Assembly (NCBI GenBank): GCA_963843505.1
Contig: CAWJKR010000005.1
Span: forward strand, 74,632-138,631
DNA length: 64,000 nt
Direction of reading: 5' to 3'
Source of the DNA: Candidatus Aminicenantes bacterium
GTDB lineage: Bacteria > Acidobacteriota > Aminicenantia > Aminicenantales > Saccharicenantaceae
Shown here piece after piece: positions 20,395 through 31,141 of the stretch. Numbering within the stretch: position 1 is the first letter of the stretch; every line of letters starts with the position of its first letter. Under the pieces are notes generated by a model. It made no database searches. It was not told the origin of the DNA and saw nothing but the letters and a program-made list of their open reading frames with translations. Position numbers and translations under genes: made by a program.

Positions 20395-21802
20395 ATGGGC
20401 GGTTTTTTCGGAGTCGTCGGCAAGGGCGATATCGTCGAGGACCTGTTCTACGGCACGGACTATCACTCCCACCTGGGCACCAAGCGGGGCGGCCTGGCCG
20501 CCGGCAACGGCGCGGGCATCGTCCGCTACATCCACAATATCGAGAACGCCCAATTCCGCTCCAAGTTCGGCGACGACGTCGGGAAGCTGCGGGGAACGCG
20601 GGGCATCGGCGTCATCAGCGATTACGAAGACCAGCCCCTCCTCATCCGGTCCCACCTGGGGAACTACGCCATCGCCACGGTCGGCGTCATCAAGAACATC
20701 GACGACCTCGTCGAGCGGGCCTTCCGGGGCAAGTGCCTGCACTTCTCGGAAATGCAGGGCGGCGAGATCAATCCGACCGAGCTCATCGCGGCCATGATCA
20801 ACCGCGAGGACACCTTCGAGGACGGCATCCGGGCCGTCTGGGAGTTCATCGAGGGATCGAGCTCGATCCTCATCCTGACCGAGGACGGCGTCCTGGCCGC
20901 CCGGGACAAGCTCGGCCGGACGCCCGTCGTCCTGGGACAGAAGCCGGGGTCCTACGCCGCCACGCTCGAGACCTGCGCTTTTCCGAACCTGGGCTACGAG
21001 ATCGACCGCTATCTCGGGCCCGGCGAGATCGTCAGGATCACCCCGGACGGCTTCGAACAGCTCGTCGCCGCCGGGCGACAAGCTCCGGATCTGCTCGTTC
21101 CTTTGGGTCTATTACGGCTATCCCGCCTCGAGCTACGAAGGGATCAACGTGGAGACCGTCCGGAACCGCTGCGGCGCCTTCCTGGCCAGGAACGACAACG
21201 TCAAGGTCGATCTCGTGGCCGGCATCCCCGATTCGGGCATCGGGCACGGGCTGGGCTACGCCGCCGAGGCCGGCATCCCGTTCCGGCGTCCCTTCGTCAA
21301 GTACACGCCGACCTGGGCCAGGAGCTTCATGCCGCAGAACCAGGACATCCGCGACCAGGTGGCCCGGATGAAGCTCATTCCCATCCGCGAGATCATGCAG
21401 GGACGGAGCCTTCTTTTCTGCGAGGATTCGATCGTCCGCGGCACCCAGCTCAAGGACACCATCCAGCGGCTTTACGATTCCGGCGCCGTCGAGGTCCACA
21501 TGCGGCCGGCCTGCCCTCCCCTCGCCTACGGCTGCAAGTTCCTCAACTTCTCGCGATCGCGCTCGGAGCTCGACCTGGCCGCGCGGAAGGCCATCGCGGC
21601 GTTCGAAGGGCCCGATCCCAAGAACATCGCGGAATACGCGAGAACGGGCTCCGAAAGGTACGAGGCCATGGTGGCCTGGATCGCCCAGAAGCTCAACCTG
21701 ACCACCCTGAAGTACCAGCGGCTCGAGGACCTCGTCGAAGCCATCGGCCTGCCCAAGGACAAGCTCTGCACCTACTGCTGGGACGGGGTGGGGACGGAAT
21801 AA
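20395..21802 (+). CDS. Amidophosphoribosyltransferase-like (class II amidotransferase + PRTase) protein lacking the N-terminal Cys; one frame switch near 21085
   Basis: AGGAGG precedes ATG 20395. MGGFFGVVGKGDIVEDLFYGTDYHSHLGTKRGGLA..., and a PRPP loop LLFCEDSIVRGTQLK. Ends CTYCWDGVGTE. Confidence 0.8.
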
Positions 21803-21858
21803 GGAGAGAACGCGGACTGAGGCCTGAGGCCTCATCTATCAACGGGAACTAAGGATCG

Positions 21859-21885
21859 GTTGGTAGCGGGGGTTGGATTTGAACC
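21859..21885 (-). repeat. Orphan copy of the 3' 27 nt of the initiator tRNA gene (candidate att site)
   Basis: GTTGGTAGCGGGGGTTGGATTTGAACC is identical to 22495-22521. No tRNA body follows. Confidence 0.9.
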
Positions 21886-22494
21886 ATAAAGAGGGAGGCC
21901 CCATTTGAAAATTGAAATCAAAGGACGGCTTACTGTATCCGATTGTCCCTCCGGCATTGATGAGGCGAAGTTCAACGAATGGAAAGCGCTCAAACTCAAG
22001 GACAATCGCAGGAAGCCAGGATCGCTTCTCTATTTCCTTTCGGGCTTCACACAATAGCGCTCATTCTTCCTCTTGATTGCTAACAAGCAGCCGTGTGGAC
22101 GTGGCAGAAGCGTGGGGAGGTCCACCGTCCTTGGGACATTGCCTACTGGATTCTCGTCAGCATCTGCTTCGTAGTCTGATATGGCGTATGTTGATATAAA
22201 AACCAAGCCCTTGCAGCGACGCAGTAAGGACCTCAAGATGTCCGCCCGGTTGAGGGCAAAGAAAACGGGCCAAGTGTTTGTTGGGTAGACAACCACCAGC
22301 AAAGGGCGAGGGGGCCGCTGAAGCTCACGGCGCTTCGTGCGAGATGTGCCGTTCGCGGTGGAGTCAATCTGTGTTCAACGCTATAGCTAAGGAAAGGATC
22401 GAAATCTATTGGACCTATTCCAGTATGGGTTCAGGACCGATAACGAAAAAGCGAGGCGCGGGCCTCGCTGATATGGGGAAATGACGGATATGAC
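21886..22494. mobile_element. Low-GC 609-bp insert between direct repeats of the tRNA-fMet 3' end; remnant or miniature integrative element
   Basis: Hand GC counts are 43-52% per 60-nt line, against 63-75% in the flanking genes. The insert is flanked by the 27-nt direct repeat. No integrase is present. Only short, ambiguous ORFs occur on both strands. Confidence 0.45.
22446..22468 (-). terminator. Rho-independent terminator after tRNA-fMet
   Basis: Minus sense reads GCGAGGC-CCGC-GCCTCGC followed by TTTTT. Confidence 0.7.
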
Positions 22495-22496
22495 GT

Positions 22497-22573
<77 letters not shown>

Positions 22574-22584
22574 GTACCGGCGTC

Positions 22585-22613
22585 ATTATATCAAATCGGC
22601 CCGGCGTTGTCAA
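22585..22613 (-). promoter_or_regulatory. Consensus sigma70 promoter for tRNA-fMet (TTGACA-N17-TATAAT)
   Basis: Minus sense reads TTGACAACGCCGGGCCGATTTGATATAATGACGCCGGTAC, then the tRNA 5' end. Confidence 0.7.
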
Positions 22614-22619
22614 CGCTTC

Positions 22620-22648
22620 TTGAAGCGCGGGCCCGAATCCGCTATAAT
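22620..22648 (+). promoter_or_regulatory. Sigma70-type promoter for ychF (TTGAAG-N17-TATAAT)
   Basis: TTGAAG at 22620-22625 and TATAAT at 22643-22648. It is back to back with the tRNA promoter. Confidence 0.55.
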
Positions 22649-22695
22649 TCGTTTTTCTTTTCTTCGTCTGGTCAATCCCCCGAAGGAAAACGAAC

Positions 22696-23778
22696 GTGAA
22701 GATCTGTATCGTCGGCCTGCCCCAGTCAGGGAAAAGCTCGCTCTTTTCCGCCCTGACGGGCGCGTCCGCCGTTTCCGCGGCGGCCAAGGGGGCCGATCCC
22801 ATCGCCGTCGTCAAAGTGCCGGACCCCCGTCTCGAGAAGCTGGCGGCCATCTTCGAGCCCAAGAAGAAGACGGCCGCGGCCATCGAGTTCGTCGAGCTCC
22901 AGGGCATCTCCGCCGGGGACGCGAAACAAACGTCGTTCAGCGAGCAGTTCCTGGGCAAGCTGAGGACGGCCGACGCCCTTCTCGCGGTCGTCCGGTCGTT
23001 CCGCGATCCGGCCGTGCCGCATCCCCTCGACTCCGTCGACGCGCGCCGCGACCTGGCCGCCATAGAAACCGAGTTCCTCCTGAGCGACCTGGCCATCGTC
23101 GAGGGCCGGATCGACAAGCTCAGGAAGCAGGTGGCCTCCAAGAAGAACGAGCACGATGTCCGGGAGCTCGCCGCGCTCGAGAAGTGCAAGGCCTCGCTCG
23201 AAGCCGAGACGCCCCTCCGACGACTCGATCTCTCCGAGGACGAAGAGACGCTCCTCCGCGGCTTCCGCTTCCTGACCGGCAAGCCCCTCATCGCCGTCGT
23301 CAACCTCGACGAGGACGAGATCCGAGACGAGGCCGGAGCGCTGGCCCCCTTCGCCGGCTGGGCCTCGGGGCCCGGCACGGCGGCGGTGGGGCTCTCCGCC
23401 CGTCTCGAAAGCGAGATCCGGCAGCTCCCGGACCAGGACGCCGCCGGATTCAGGTCCGATTTCGGCATCGAGACGACCGCCCTGGACCGCCTCATCGCCA
23501 CGGCCTACCGGATGATGGGGCTCATCTCGTTCTTCACCGTCGGCAGCGACGAGGTCAAGGCCTGGACCGTGAACGAGGGGACCATGGCCACCCGCGCCGC
23601 CGGGGTCATCCACTCGGACATCGAGCGGGGCTTCATCCGCGCCGAAGTCGTCTCCTACGAGCATTTCGTCGCCAAGGGCGACATCGCCGGCTGCCGCACG
23701 GACGGCACCCTCCGGCTCGAAGGCAAGGCCTACCCCGTCAGGGACGGCGACATCATCAATTTCCGCTTCGCCGTCTGA
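22696..23778 (+). CDS. ychF: Ribosome-binding ATPase YchF (Obg-like)
   Basis: Intact 360-aa ORF with a GTG start. P-loop GLPQSGKSSLFSALT, and a TGS-like C-terminus ...AWTVNEGTMATRAAGVIHSDIERGFIRAEVV...DGDIINFRF. Confidence 0.9.
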   Translation: MKICIVGLPQSGKSSLFSALTGASAVSAAAKGADPIAVVKVPDPRLEKLAAIFEPKKKTAAAIEFVELQGISAGDAKQTSFSEQFLGKLRTADALLAVVRSFRDPAVPHPLDSVDARRDLAAIETEFLLSDLAIVEGRIDKLRKQVASKKNEHDVRELAALEKCKASLEAETPLRRLDLSEDEETLLRGFRFLTGKPLIAVVNLDEDEIRDEAGALAPFAGWASGPGTAAVGLSARLESEIRQLPDQDAAGFRSDFGIETTALDRLIATAYRMMGLISFFTVGSDEVKAWTVNEGTMATRAAGVIHSDIERGFIRAEVVSYEHFVAKGDIAGCRTDGTLRLEGKAYPVRDGDIINFRFAV

Positions 23779-23815
23779 CGGTCTCCCTCCTCCCCCTTCC
23801 TCCCCTGCCTGCGGC

Positions 23816-23844
23816 TTGACTTTGGCGGCCGGGGAAAGTAAATA
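23816..23844 (+). promoter_or_regulatory. Sigma70-type promoter for nuoJ (TTGACT-N17-TAAATA)
   Basis: TTGACT at 23816-23821 and TAAATA at 23839-23844, 13 nt before ATG 23858. Confidence 0.5.
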
Positions 23845-23857
23845 GAGGGGGAATTCC

Positions 23858-24353
23858 ATGGCCCTCGTCATCTTCATCGTCCTCTCTGTTCTGTGCGCCG
23901 GCGCGGTCGCGGCCATGATCGTCTCCCGGAACCAGGCCCATAACGCGCTTTTCCTCGTCCTGGCCTTCTCCAGCCTGGGCGGGATCTTCGGACTCCTCGA
24001 TGCGCCGTTCGCCGCCGTCGTCCAGGTCCTGGTCTACGCCGGCGCCATCATGGTCCTTTTCCTCTTCGCCATCATGATGTTCGACCTTCGCCAGCCCGCC
24101 CCGCCCGAGAGAAAGCGGCTCCGGGCCGTTCTGGGCACCGGCCTGGCCCTGATCCTGTTCGCCCAGCTCATCCTGGCGGGACGTAGGGCTTTGGCGGGAG
24201 GAGGCGGGGCGGCCGCCTCCGGGCGGCGATATCGCCCACCTCGGCAGGCTCCTCTTCTCCGACTATCTCTATGCCTTCGAGATCACGTCCCTCCTCATCC
24301 TGGCGGCCCTCGTCGGCGCCCTGGCCTTGGCCGGAAAGAAGGAGGGCGAATGA
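23858..24353 (+). CDS. nuoJ: NADH-quinone oxidoreductase subunit J; one frame switch near 24225
   Basis: MALVIFIVLSVLCAGAVAAMIVSRNQAHNALFLVLAFSSLGGIFGLLDAPFAAVVQVLVYAGAIMVLFLFAIMM..., then [36 protein letters not shown] at 24351-24353. Confidence 0.85.
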
Positions 24354-24652
24354 TCCCTCCCGCCGCCTTTCTTGTCCTGGCCGCCCTTCTCTTCGTCCTC
24401 GGCATCATCGCCTTCTTCGTCAAGAAGGACCTCCTGACCCAGTTCATGGCCGTCGAGGTCATGCTCAACGCGGGCAATCTCGCCTTCCTGGCCCTGGCCA
24501 AAGCCCTGGGCAAGGCGGACGGCCAGATCGTCGTCCTTTTCATCATCACCGTCGCCGCCGCGGAAGCCGTCATCGGACTGGCCATCATCGTCCTCATCTT
24601 CCGCCAGCGCAAGTCCATCCGGACCGACGATCTCAAGGACCTGAAGGGCTGA
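24350..24652 (+). CDS. nuoK: NADH-quinone oxidoreductase subunit K
   Basis: ATG 24350 overlaps the nuoJ stop. [48 protein letters not shown]...[20 protein letters not shown]. Confidence 0.95.
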   Translation: MIPPAAFLVLAALLFVLGIIAFFVKKDLLTQFMAVEVMLNAGNLAFLALAKALGKADGQIVVLFIITVAAAEAVIGLAIIVLIFRQRKSIRTDDLKDLKG

Positions 24653-24653
24653 C

Positions 24654-26558
24654 ATGGCCGGTCTTTTCTGGCTCATCCCTCTCGTTCCCGGGGCCAGCGC
24701 CTTCGTCCTGCTCCTTTTCGGCCGCCAGGCTCTCCCGGAGATGGATCGCCTGGCAGGCCTCGGCGGCCGTCTTTGTCTCGTTCGTTCTGACGACCGCGGC
24801 CTTCGCCCATCTGGGCGCTGCCGGGGACGGGGCGGCCGGCCTCTCCAAGACCCTCCTGACTTGGATCGTCAGCGGCTCGTTCCATGCTTCCATCGCCTTC
24901 GCCTTCGACGAGCTCACGGCGGTCATGGCCCTCGTCGTCACCGGGGTCGGGTTCCTCATCCACGTCTATTCCACGGCCTATATGGCGGAGGACAAGGCTT
25001 ACTCCCGCTATTTCGCCTTCCTCAACCTGTTCACGTTCTTCATGCTCGTGCTGGTCATGGCCTCGGACATCGTCCTGATGTTCGTCGGCTGGGAGGGGGT
25101 CGGGCTCTGCTCCTATCTCCTCATCGGCTTCTGGTTCGACCGTCCCGCCGCGGCCAAGGCCGGCATGAAGGCCTTCATCGTCAACCGCGTCGGCGACGCG
25201 GCCTTCATCATCGGCATCCTCTTCCTGCTGGCCAACGTCGGGAGCTCGAGCCTGGCCGCGATCAACGCCGCGCCGCGCCGCGGGCCTTCTCGGCCCGGGG
25301 CTCGTCACCCTCGTCGCCCTTCTCCTCTTCGTGGGCGCCACCGGGAAATCGGCCCAGGTCCCGCTCTACGTCTGGCTCCCGGACGCCATGGAGGGCCCGA
25401 CGCCCGTCTCGCGCCCTCATCCACGCCGCGACCATGGTCACGGCCGGCGTCTACATGGTCTGCCGCCTGAACGGGCTTTTTGCGGCCTCGGTCACGGCGT
25501 CGACGGTCGTCGCCTGGGTGGGCGCGATCACGGCCGTGTTCGCGGCGACCATGGCCCTCGTCCAGAACGACATCAAGCGGGTCCTGGCCTATTCCACCAT
25601 CTCCCAGATCGGCTACATGTTCATCGGCTGCGGCGTCGGGGCCTACGCCGCGGGCATGTTCCATCTCGTGACCCACGCCTTCTTCAAGAGCCTGCTGTTC
25701 CTCGCCGCGGGGAGCGTCATCCACGCCCTCGGAGGCGACGCAGGACATGCGGCAGATGGGCGGGCTCAGGAAGCGCCTTCCCGTGACCTTCCCCGTCTTT
25801 CTTGTCGGGGCCCTGGCGATCTCGGGCGTCCCCTTTCTGTCGGGGTTCTTCTCGAAGGACGCCATCCTGACGAGCGCCTTCGCCGGAGGCCACTACGTCA
25901 TCTATGGGCTGGGCCTCGCCGGGGCCGTGCTGACGGCCTTCTACATGTTCCGTCTCATCTACCTGACCTTCTATGGCCAGGAGAAGGCGCCGCTCACGCC
26001 TGGACATCACGTCCACGAATCGCCCCGGGCCATGACCGTCCCCCTCGTCATCCTGGCCGTTTTTTCGGCCTTGGCGGGTTTCATCGGACTGCCCGTCCTT
26101 TTCGGCGCGCGGGCCGACGTCTTCGGCCGCTTTCTCGAGGGGGTCCTGGGCCCGGCCGCGCATCATCTCGAGCGTCTCGACCGAGGCGGCGCTCATCCTC
26201 GCGGCGACGATCTCGGCTTTGGCCGGCCTCGGCCTGGCCTTTCTCTTCTACAGACGTTCGCCCGGCACTCCGGCGCGCCTGGCTCACCGCTTCCCGGGAC
26301 TTTATCGCCTGCTCCTGGGCGAAATACTACGTCGACGAGGCCTATGACGCCGTCGTCGTCCGGCCCCTCGTCGGCGGCGCCGGATGGGTCTACGAGCATT
26401 TCGACCTCAAGGTCATCGACGGCGCGCTCAACGGCTCCGCCGCGGCCGCCGGCCTGGCCGGCAAGGGCTTGAACGTCCTCCAGAGCGGTCTTGTCCGCGA
26501 TTACGCCCTGGCCTTCCTCCTGGGGGCGATCATCTTCCTGGGGTTCCTGCTGCTATGA
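24654..26558 (+). CDS. nuoL: NADH-quinone oxidoreductase subunit L; about five frame switches
   Basis: [148 protein letters not shown]. Confidence 0.9.
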   Translation: MAGLFWLIPLVPGASAFVLLLFGRQALPEMDRLAGLGGRLCLVRSDDRGLRPSGRCRGRGGRPLQDPPDLDRQRLVPCFHRLRLRRAHGGHGPRRHRGRVPHPRLFHGLYGGGQGLLPLFRLPQPVHVLHARAGHGLGHRPDVRRLGGGRALLLSPHRLLVRPSRRGQGRHEGLHRQPRRRRGLHHRHPLPAGQRRELEPGRDQRRAAPRAFSARGSSPSSPFSSSWAPPGNRPRSRSTSGSRTPWRARRPSRALIHAATMVTAGVYMVCRLNGLFAASVTASTVVAWVGAITAVFAATMALVQNDIKRVLAYSTISQIGYMFIGCGVGAYAAGMFHLVTHAFFKSLLFLAAGSVIHALGGDAGHAADGRAQEAPSRDLPRLSCRGPGDLGRPLSVGVLLEGRHPDERLRRRPLRHLWAGPRRGRADGLLHVPSHLPDLLWPGEGAAHAWTSRPRIAPGHDRPPRHPGRFFGLGGFHRTARPFRRAGRRLRPLSRGGPGPGRASSRASRPRRRSSSRRRSRLWPASAWPFSSTDVRPALRRAWLTASRDFIACSWAKYYVDEAYDAVVVRPLVGGAGWVYEHFDLKVIDGALNGSAAAAGLAGKGLNVLQSGLVRDYALAFLLGAIIFLGFLLL

Positions 26559-28113
26559 GCGCCCTCATCGCCGGCCTGCCTCTCGTTTCCCTCGTCACCT
26601 TCCTGCCGCTCGCTCGGGGCCGTCCTTCTCGTCTTCATCCGGGCCGGATCGGCCAGGACCGTTCGGACGGTGGCCCTGGCCGTCTCGCTCCTGACGTTCG
26701 CGGCCTCGCTGGCGCTTTTCTTCGGCTTCGACGGCGGGTCGGGACTCCCCGAATTCGTCGAGCGGGCCTCCTGGCTCGGGCGCGGGCTCGATTACCACGT
26801 CGGCGTCGACGGCATCAGCCTGTTCCTCGTCCTTCTCGCCGCCTTCCTGACGCCTCTCGCCCTTCTTTCCTCCTGGCGGGCCGATCGACGACCGGGTCAA
26901 GGAATTCTCGCTCTTCATGCTCCTTCTCGAGACCGGCATGATCGGCGTCTTCGTCTCCCTGAACCTGTTCCTTTTTTACGTCTTCTGGGAGGCCATGCTC
27001 ATCCCGATGTACTTCCTGATCGGCATCTGGGGCGGCCGCCGCCGCGATCTACGCGACGATGAAATTCGTCCTCTTCACCATGTTCGGCAGCCTCCTCATG
27101 CTGGTCGCGATCTTCGTCCTCCACGCCGCCTATTACCGGGCCACGGGCAGCCTACTCCCTGACGATCGCCGACCTCGCGGCGACCTCCTTCGCCCCGGGC
27201 CTGCAGACCTGGCTTTTCCTCGCCTTCGCCCTGGCCTTCGCCATCAAGATCCCTCTCTTCCCGCTCCACACCTGGCTCCCCGACGCCCACGTCGAGGCGC
27301 CCACGGCCGGGTCCGTCCTTCTGGCCGCCGTGCTGCTCAAGATGGGCGCCTACGGCTTCGTGCGGCTCGGCCTGCCCCTCTTTCCCCAGGCCGCGGCCGC
27401 CTTCGCCCCGGCCCTTTCGATCCTGGCCGTCATCGGCATCATCTACGGCGGGCTTGATGGCCCTCGTCCAGAAGGACATGAAATCCCTCGTGGCCTACTC
27501 GAGCGTCAGCCACATGGGGCTCATCATGCTGGCCGTCTTCTCGCTCAACTTCGAGGCCATGGAGGGCGCTCTCTACCAGATGCTCAACCACGGCCTGAGC
27601 ACCGGGGCGCTCTTCCTTTGCGTCGGCGTCCTCTACGAGCGGACCCACACCCGGCTCATCGCGGACTACGGCGGCGCGGCGGCGCGCATGCCGGTCTTCG
27701 CCGGCTTCTTCCTCACGGCCATGCTGTCGTCGGCGGGACTCCCGGGCCTCAACGGATTCGTCGGCGAGATCCTTTGCTTCTTCGGCATCTTCGCCGCCAA
27801 CAAGGTCCTGGCCATGCTGGCCGTTTCGACGGTCATCCTCTCGGCCGCCTATCTCCTCTGGCTCTACAGGCGGGTCATGCACGGCCCCCTCAAGGACCCG
27901 GGGGACACGAGGCTCCGCGACATCGGCGGGCGCGAGCTCGCGGTCCTCGTCCCCATCGTCGTCCTCATCGTCTTCATGGGGCTTTTCCCCGGGACCTTCC
28001 TGCGAAAGATGGACGCCTCCGTTTCCCGGACCATCGACGCCATCAAGAATAGACCCGCCGCGGCGATGACGCAGGACCGCACCGCGCGGCCGGCCGCGAG
28101 GTCGGAGCGCTAG
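26555..28113 (+). CDS. nuoM: NADH-quinone oxidoreductase subunit M; about five frame switches
   Basis: ATG 26555 overlaps the nuo[139 protein letters not shown]. Confidence 0.9.
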
Positions 28114-28114
28114 C

Positions 28115-29541
28115 ATGTCGTTCCTGGCCCTGGCTCCCCTCCTCGCCGTCGTCGCCGGCGCCCTGGCCGCGCTCCTTCTCGAGGCCTTTCTGAAGCGCAA
28201 GGACCACGAGCTGTCCGCGACGGCGGCGGTCTTATCGCTTCTCGCGGCCGGGTTCTTCATCGTCCGTTCGTGGGGTCTCGAGCTCGGCTATTTCGGCGGG
28301 CGGCTCTCGCTCGATCCGCTGGCCCTGCTGCTCATGGCTGTTTTCGTCGTCGCCGCCGCGTTCGTCATCTTGATGAGCCTCGTCTACGCCCCGCGCCGGG
28401 ACATCAACCTCGGCCAGCTTTGCGGCCTCTTGCTCATCGCCGTCGCCGGCCTGATGATCATGGTCTCGTCGTCCGATTGGCTCGTCGTCTTCCTCGGCCT
28501 GGAGGTCCTCTCGGTCGCCTCCTACGCCCTGACCGGGCTGAGGCGGAACGACCGGGCTTCGTCCGAAGCGGCGGCGAAGTACTTCCTCATGGGCAGCTTC
28601 GCCGGCGCCTTTTTCGTCTTCGGCCTGGCCTTCCTGTTCGGGACCTCGGGCGCTTTGGGCTTCGCCCGAGCCTCCGGGGCGGCGGTCGCTCGCCGGACCG
28701 CCGGTCGCCGTCTGCGGTCGGTCTGGGCCTCATTCTCGCGGCCCTGTTCTTCAAGATCGCCATCGCCCCCTTCCACATGTGGGCCCCGGACGTCTATGAA
28801 GGCGCCCCGACCCCCGTGACGGCGTTCCTGACCATCGCTCCCAAGGCCGCCGGGCTGGCCGTTCTCTTCCGGGTCCTGGCCCCTCTCTCGGACCGCGGCG
28901 GGGCCGCCTCCGTGTTCGGGCCGGTCGTGAGCGTCGTCGCCGTCCTGACCATGTTCTGGGGGAACCTCGCGGCCCTGAGACAAAAGAGCGTCAAGCGGCT
29001 CCTGGCCTATTCGGCGATCGCCCACTCGGGCTATCTCCTCGTCGCGATCGTCGCGGGGGACGGTCCGGGCCTTGTCTTCTACCTCATCGCCTATCTGTTC
29101 ATGAACACCGGGGCCTTCGGCGTCCTGGCGGCCATGTCCGGCCAGGGCGTGGAACGCACGTCGCTCGACGATTTCGCGGGTCTCGGCCGCCGGCATCCCT
29201 GGCTGGCCGCGAGCATGTCGGTATTTCTCCTGTCCCTGGCCGGGTTCCCTCCCACGGCCGGCTTCCTGGCCAAGTTCTACGTCTTCAGCGCCGCAGTGGC
29301 GAAGGGCCACGTTCTGCTGGTTGTCGCGGCCGTCCTGGCCAGCCTCGTTTCGGTCGGCTACTACTTGAAGGTCATCGTCGCGATGTACATGCGGGACCCC
29401 GCCGGCGAGACCTCCCTCGAACCGAACGATCCCTCCCTCTGGCTGGTGATCTTTCTGTGCCTCTACGGGGTCGTCCAGCTGGGGGTGTGGCCGGGGAATC
29501 TCCTGACGCTCATCCGGCAGGCCTTCCCAGCGCCGTTCTAG
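28115..29541 (+). CDS. nuoN: NADH-quinone oxidoreductase subunit N; one frame switch near 28690
   Basis: FLGLEVLSVASYALTG, AAAKYFLMGSFAGAFFVFG, LFFKIAIAPFHMWAPDVYEGAPTPVTAFL, KRLLAYSAIAHSGYLL, FLLSLAGFPPTAGFLAKFYVF. Confidence 0.9.
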
Positions 29542-29648
29542 CCTGAACTATTCATAACAACGCCTGGGATCTCTGTAGACTAAGGAGAAGTACGACCGGC
29601 GCTCGTGAATAATCCAGGCTCGCTTGATTGGGACACGTACCCCCATCG

Positions 29649-30880
29649 TTAACTGAGGGCCCTGCCTTTTGTCTCTGGTATTCCCGCCCAAAGCACGGCC
29701 GCGGCCAGGAAGGCCGCGGCGATCACGGTGAAAGAGAAGGGGAACCCCTTCGTCTGGGCCAGCGAGCCGACGACGAACGGCGCGGCGGCGCTGACGATGC
29801 GGCCCGTGTTGTAGGTGATGCCCTGGGCGGTGGCCCGGACGGCCGTCGGATAGATCTCCGCCGTCAGGGCGCCGAAGCCGGTGAAATAGCCGGTGCCGAA
29901 GAAGGCGACGAACGGTCCCAGGACGAGCAGGACGAGCGGCTCTCGCGTCCTCGAATAGAGGAGCATGAACGCCGCCGCGGCGACGAGGAAGCCCACATAG
30001 GACCTCTTGCGGCCGAGCCGGTCGCTGATGAAGCCGAAGGTGATGTAGCCGAGCCACATGCCGGCCTGCATGAAGATGACCAGGGCGGACATCTTCGCCG
30101 GAGCGAGGCCGATCCCGCCCTCTCCGGCCGGCATCGACAGGTACGCCGGAAGCCAGAGATTGAATCCCCACCAGGCGAACATCGTGCAGGCGTTCATCAG
30201 GGTGACGAAGAGGGTCAGGCGGAGCCGCTTCGCGCCCGAAGATCTCGCCGAATCCGGCCCGGACGCTCGGCGCGGCCGCGCGGACGGTCCTCCAGATCTC
30301 CGGCTCCTTGACCCGCCGCTGGATCCAGAGGGTGAAGAAGGCCGGGAGCGACGCCGACGAAGAAGACGCCGCGCCAGCCCCAGACGGGCAGGACGAGCGC
30401 GGCCACGGCCGCCGCCGCGGCGTAGCCGACGGCCCAGGAGCTCTGGACGATGCCCAGGGCCTTGCCGCGGTGTTCGGCCGGCCAGGTCTCGGAGACGAGG
30501 GCCGCCCCGCTGGCCCACTCCCCGCCCATGCCGAGGCCGAGGAAGACGCGGAAGACGGCCAGCATGGCCACGCCCGTGGCGAAGCCGCAGGCCGCCGTGA
30601 AGACGGAATAGATGAGGATGCTGGCCATCAGGGCCTTGCGGCGGCCGAAGCGGTCGGCCAGGACGCCGAAGACGAGCCCTCCGACGGCCGAGGCGACGAG
30701 GGTCAGCGAGCCGAGAAGCCCCGCCGTCGCTTTGGCCATGCCCAGGTCCGACATGAGCGCCGCCAGGACCATGGCGTAGAGCATGACGTCGAAGGAGTCG
30801 AGCATCCAGCCGAAGGAGGCGGCGACGAGCGCCCGCCGGGCTTCGGGCGAAGCTTCCTTCCACCAGGCCAAGCGCGCCAT
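29649..30880 (-). CDS. MFS transporter; frame switches near 30340 and 30240
   Basis: MARLAWWKEASPEARRALVAASFGWMLDSFDVMLY..., MFS signature GVLADRFGRRKAL, ...GMGGEWASGAALVSETWP, second half ...FISDRLGRKRS...GALTAEIYPTAVRATAQGITYNTGRI. Confidence 0.85.
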
Positions 30881-31125
30881 CAGCGGACCCCGATCCCGTT
30901 GAGCCTCAGATAGATGATGCAGCCGACGCCGTAGAGCATCCAGCCGACGAGCGAGATCAGCCGGCCGATCCGGGAGGGGAAGAGGACGGGGATCAGAAAG
31001 ACGAGCGCGGGGATCCCGGCGATGATACCCCGCTCCTTCACCGTCTCGGCGACGATGAAAGCCCAAACGCCGAAAATGACGGCGACGCCGATGCCTATGG
31101 CCGTGTATGGGATCTGAGGGACCAT
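30880..31125 (-). CDS. Small 3-TM membrane protein (81 aa), translationally coupled to the MFS gene
   Basis: MVPQIPYTAIGIGVAVIFGVWAFIVAE...IPALVFLIPVLF...LISLVGWMLYGVGCIIYL. Its stop overlaps the MFS ATG (ATGA). Function unknown. Confidence 0.5.
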   Translation of the reverse strand: MVPQIPYTAIGIGVAVIFGVWAFIVAETVKERGIIAGIPALVFLIPVLFPSRIGRLISLVGWMLYGVGCIIYLRLNGIGVR

Positions 31126-31132
31126 CGAATGG

Positions 31133-31141
31133 CTTATAGCA
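31133..31141 (-). promoter_or_regulatory. Extended -10 (TGCTATAAG) 7 nt upstream of ATG 31125, implying a leaderless transcript
   Basis: Minus sense reads ...GGGTTTTATGCTATAAGCCATTCGATG. Confidence 0.4.

Noticed and set aside
18622-21081. Very long ORFs antisense or out of frame to recognised genes (for example 2704-4425 minus, 12795-14666 minus, 18622-21081 minus, 31629-33740 minus, 38815-41730 plus, 38996-41584 minus, 8091-8861 plus)
   Set aside because: Their translations are low-complexity and rich in Arg/Pro/Gly/Ala, typical of shadow frames in high-GC genomes. Each overlaps a gene with clear family motifs.
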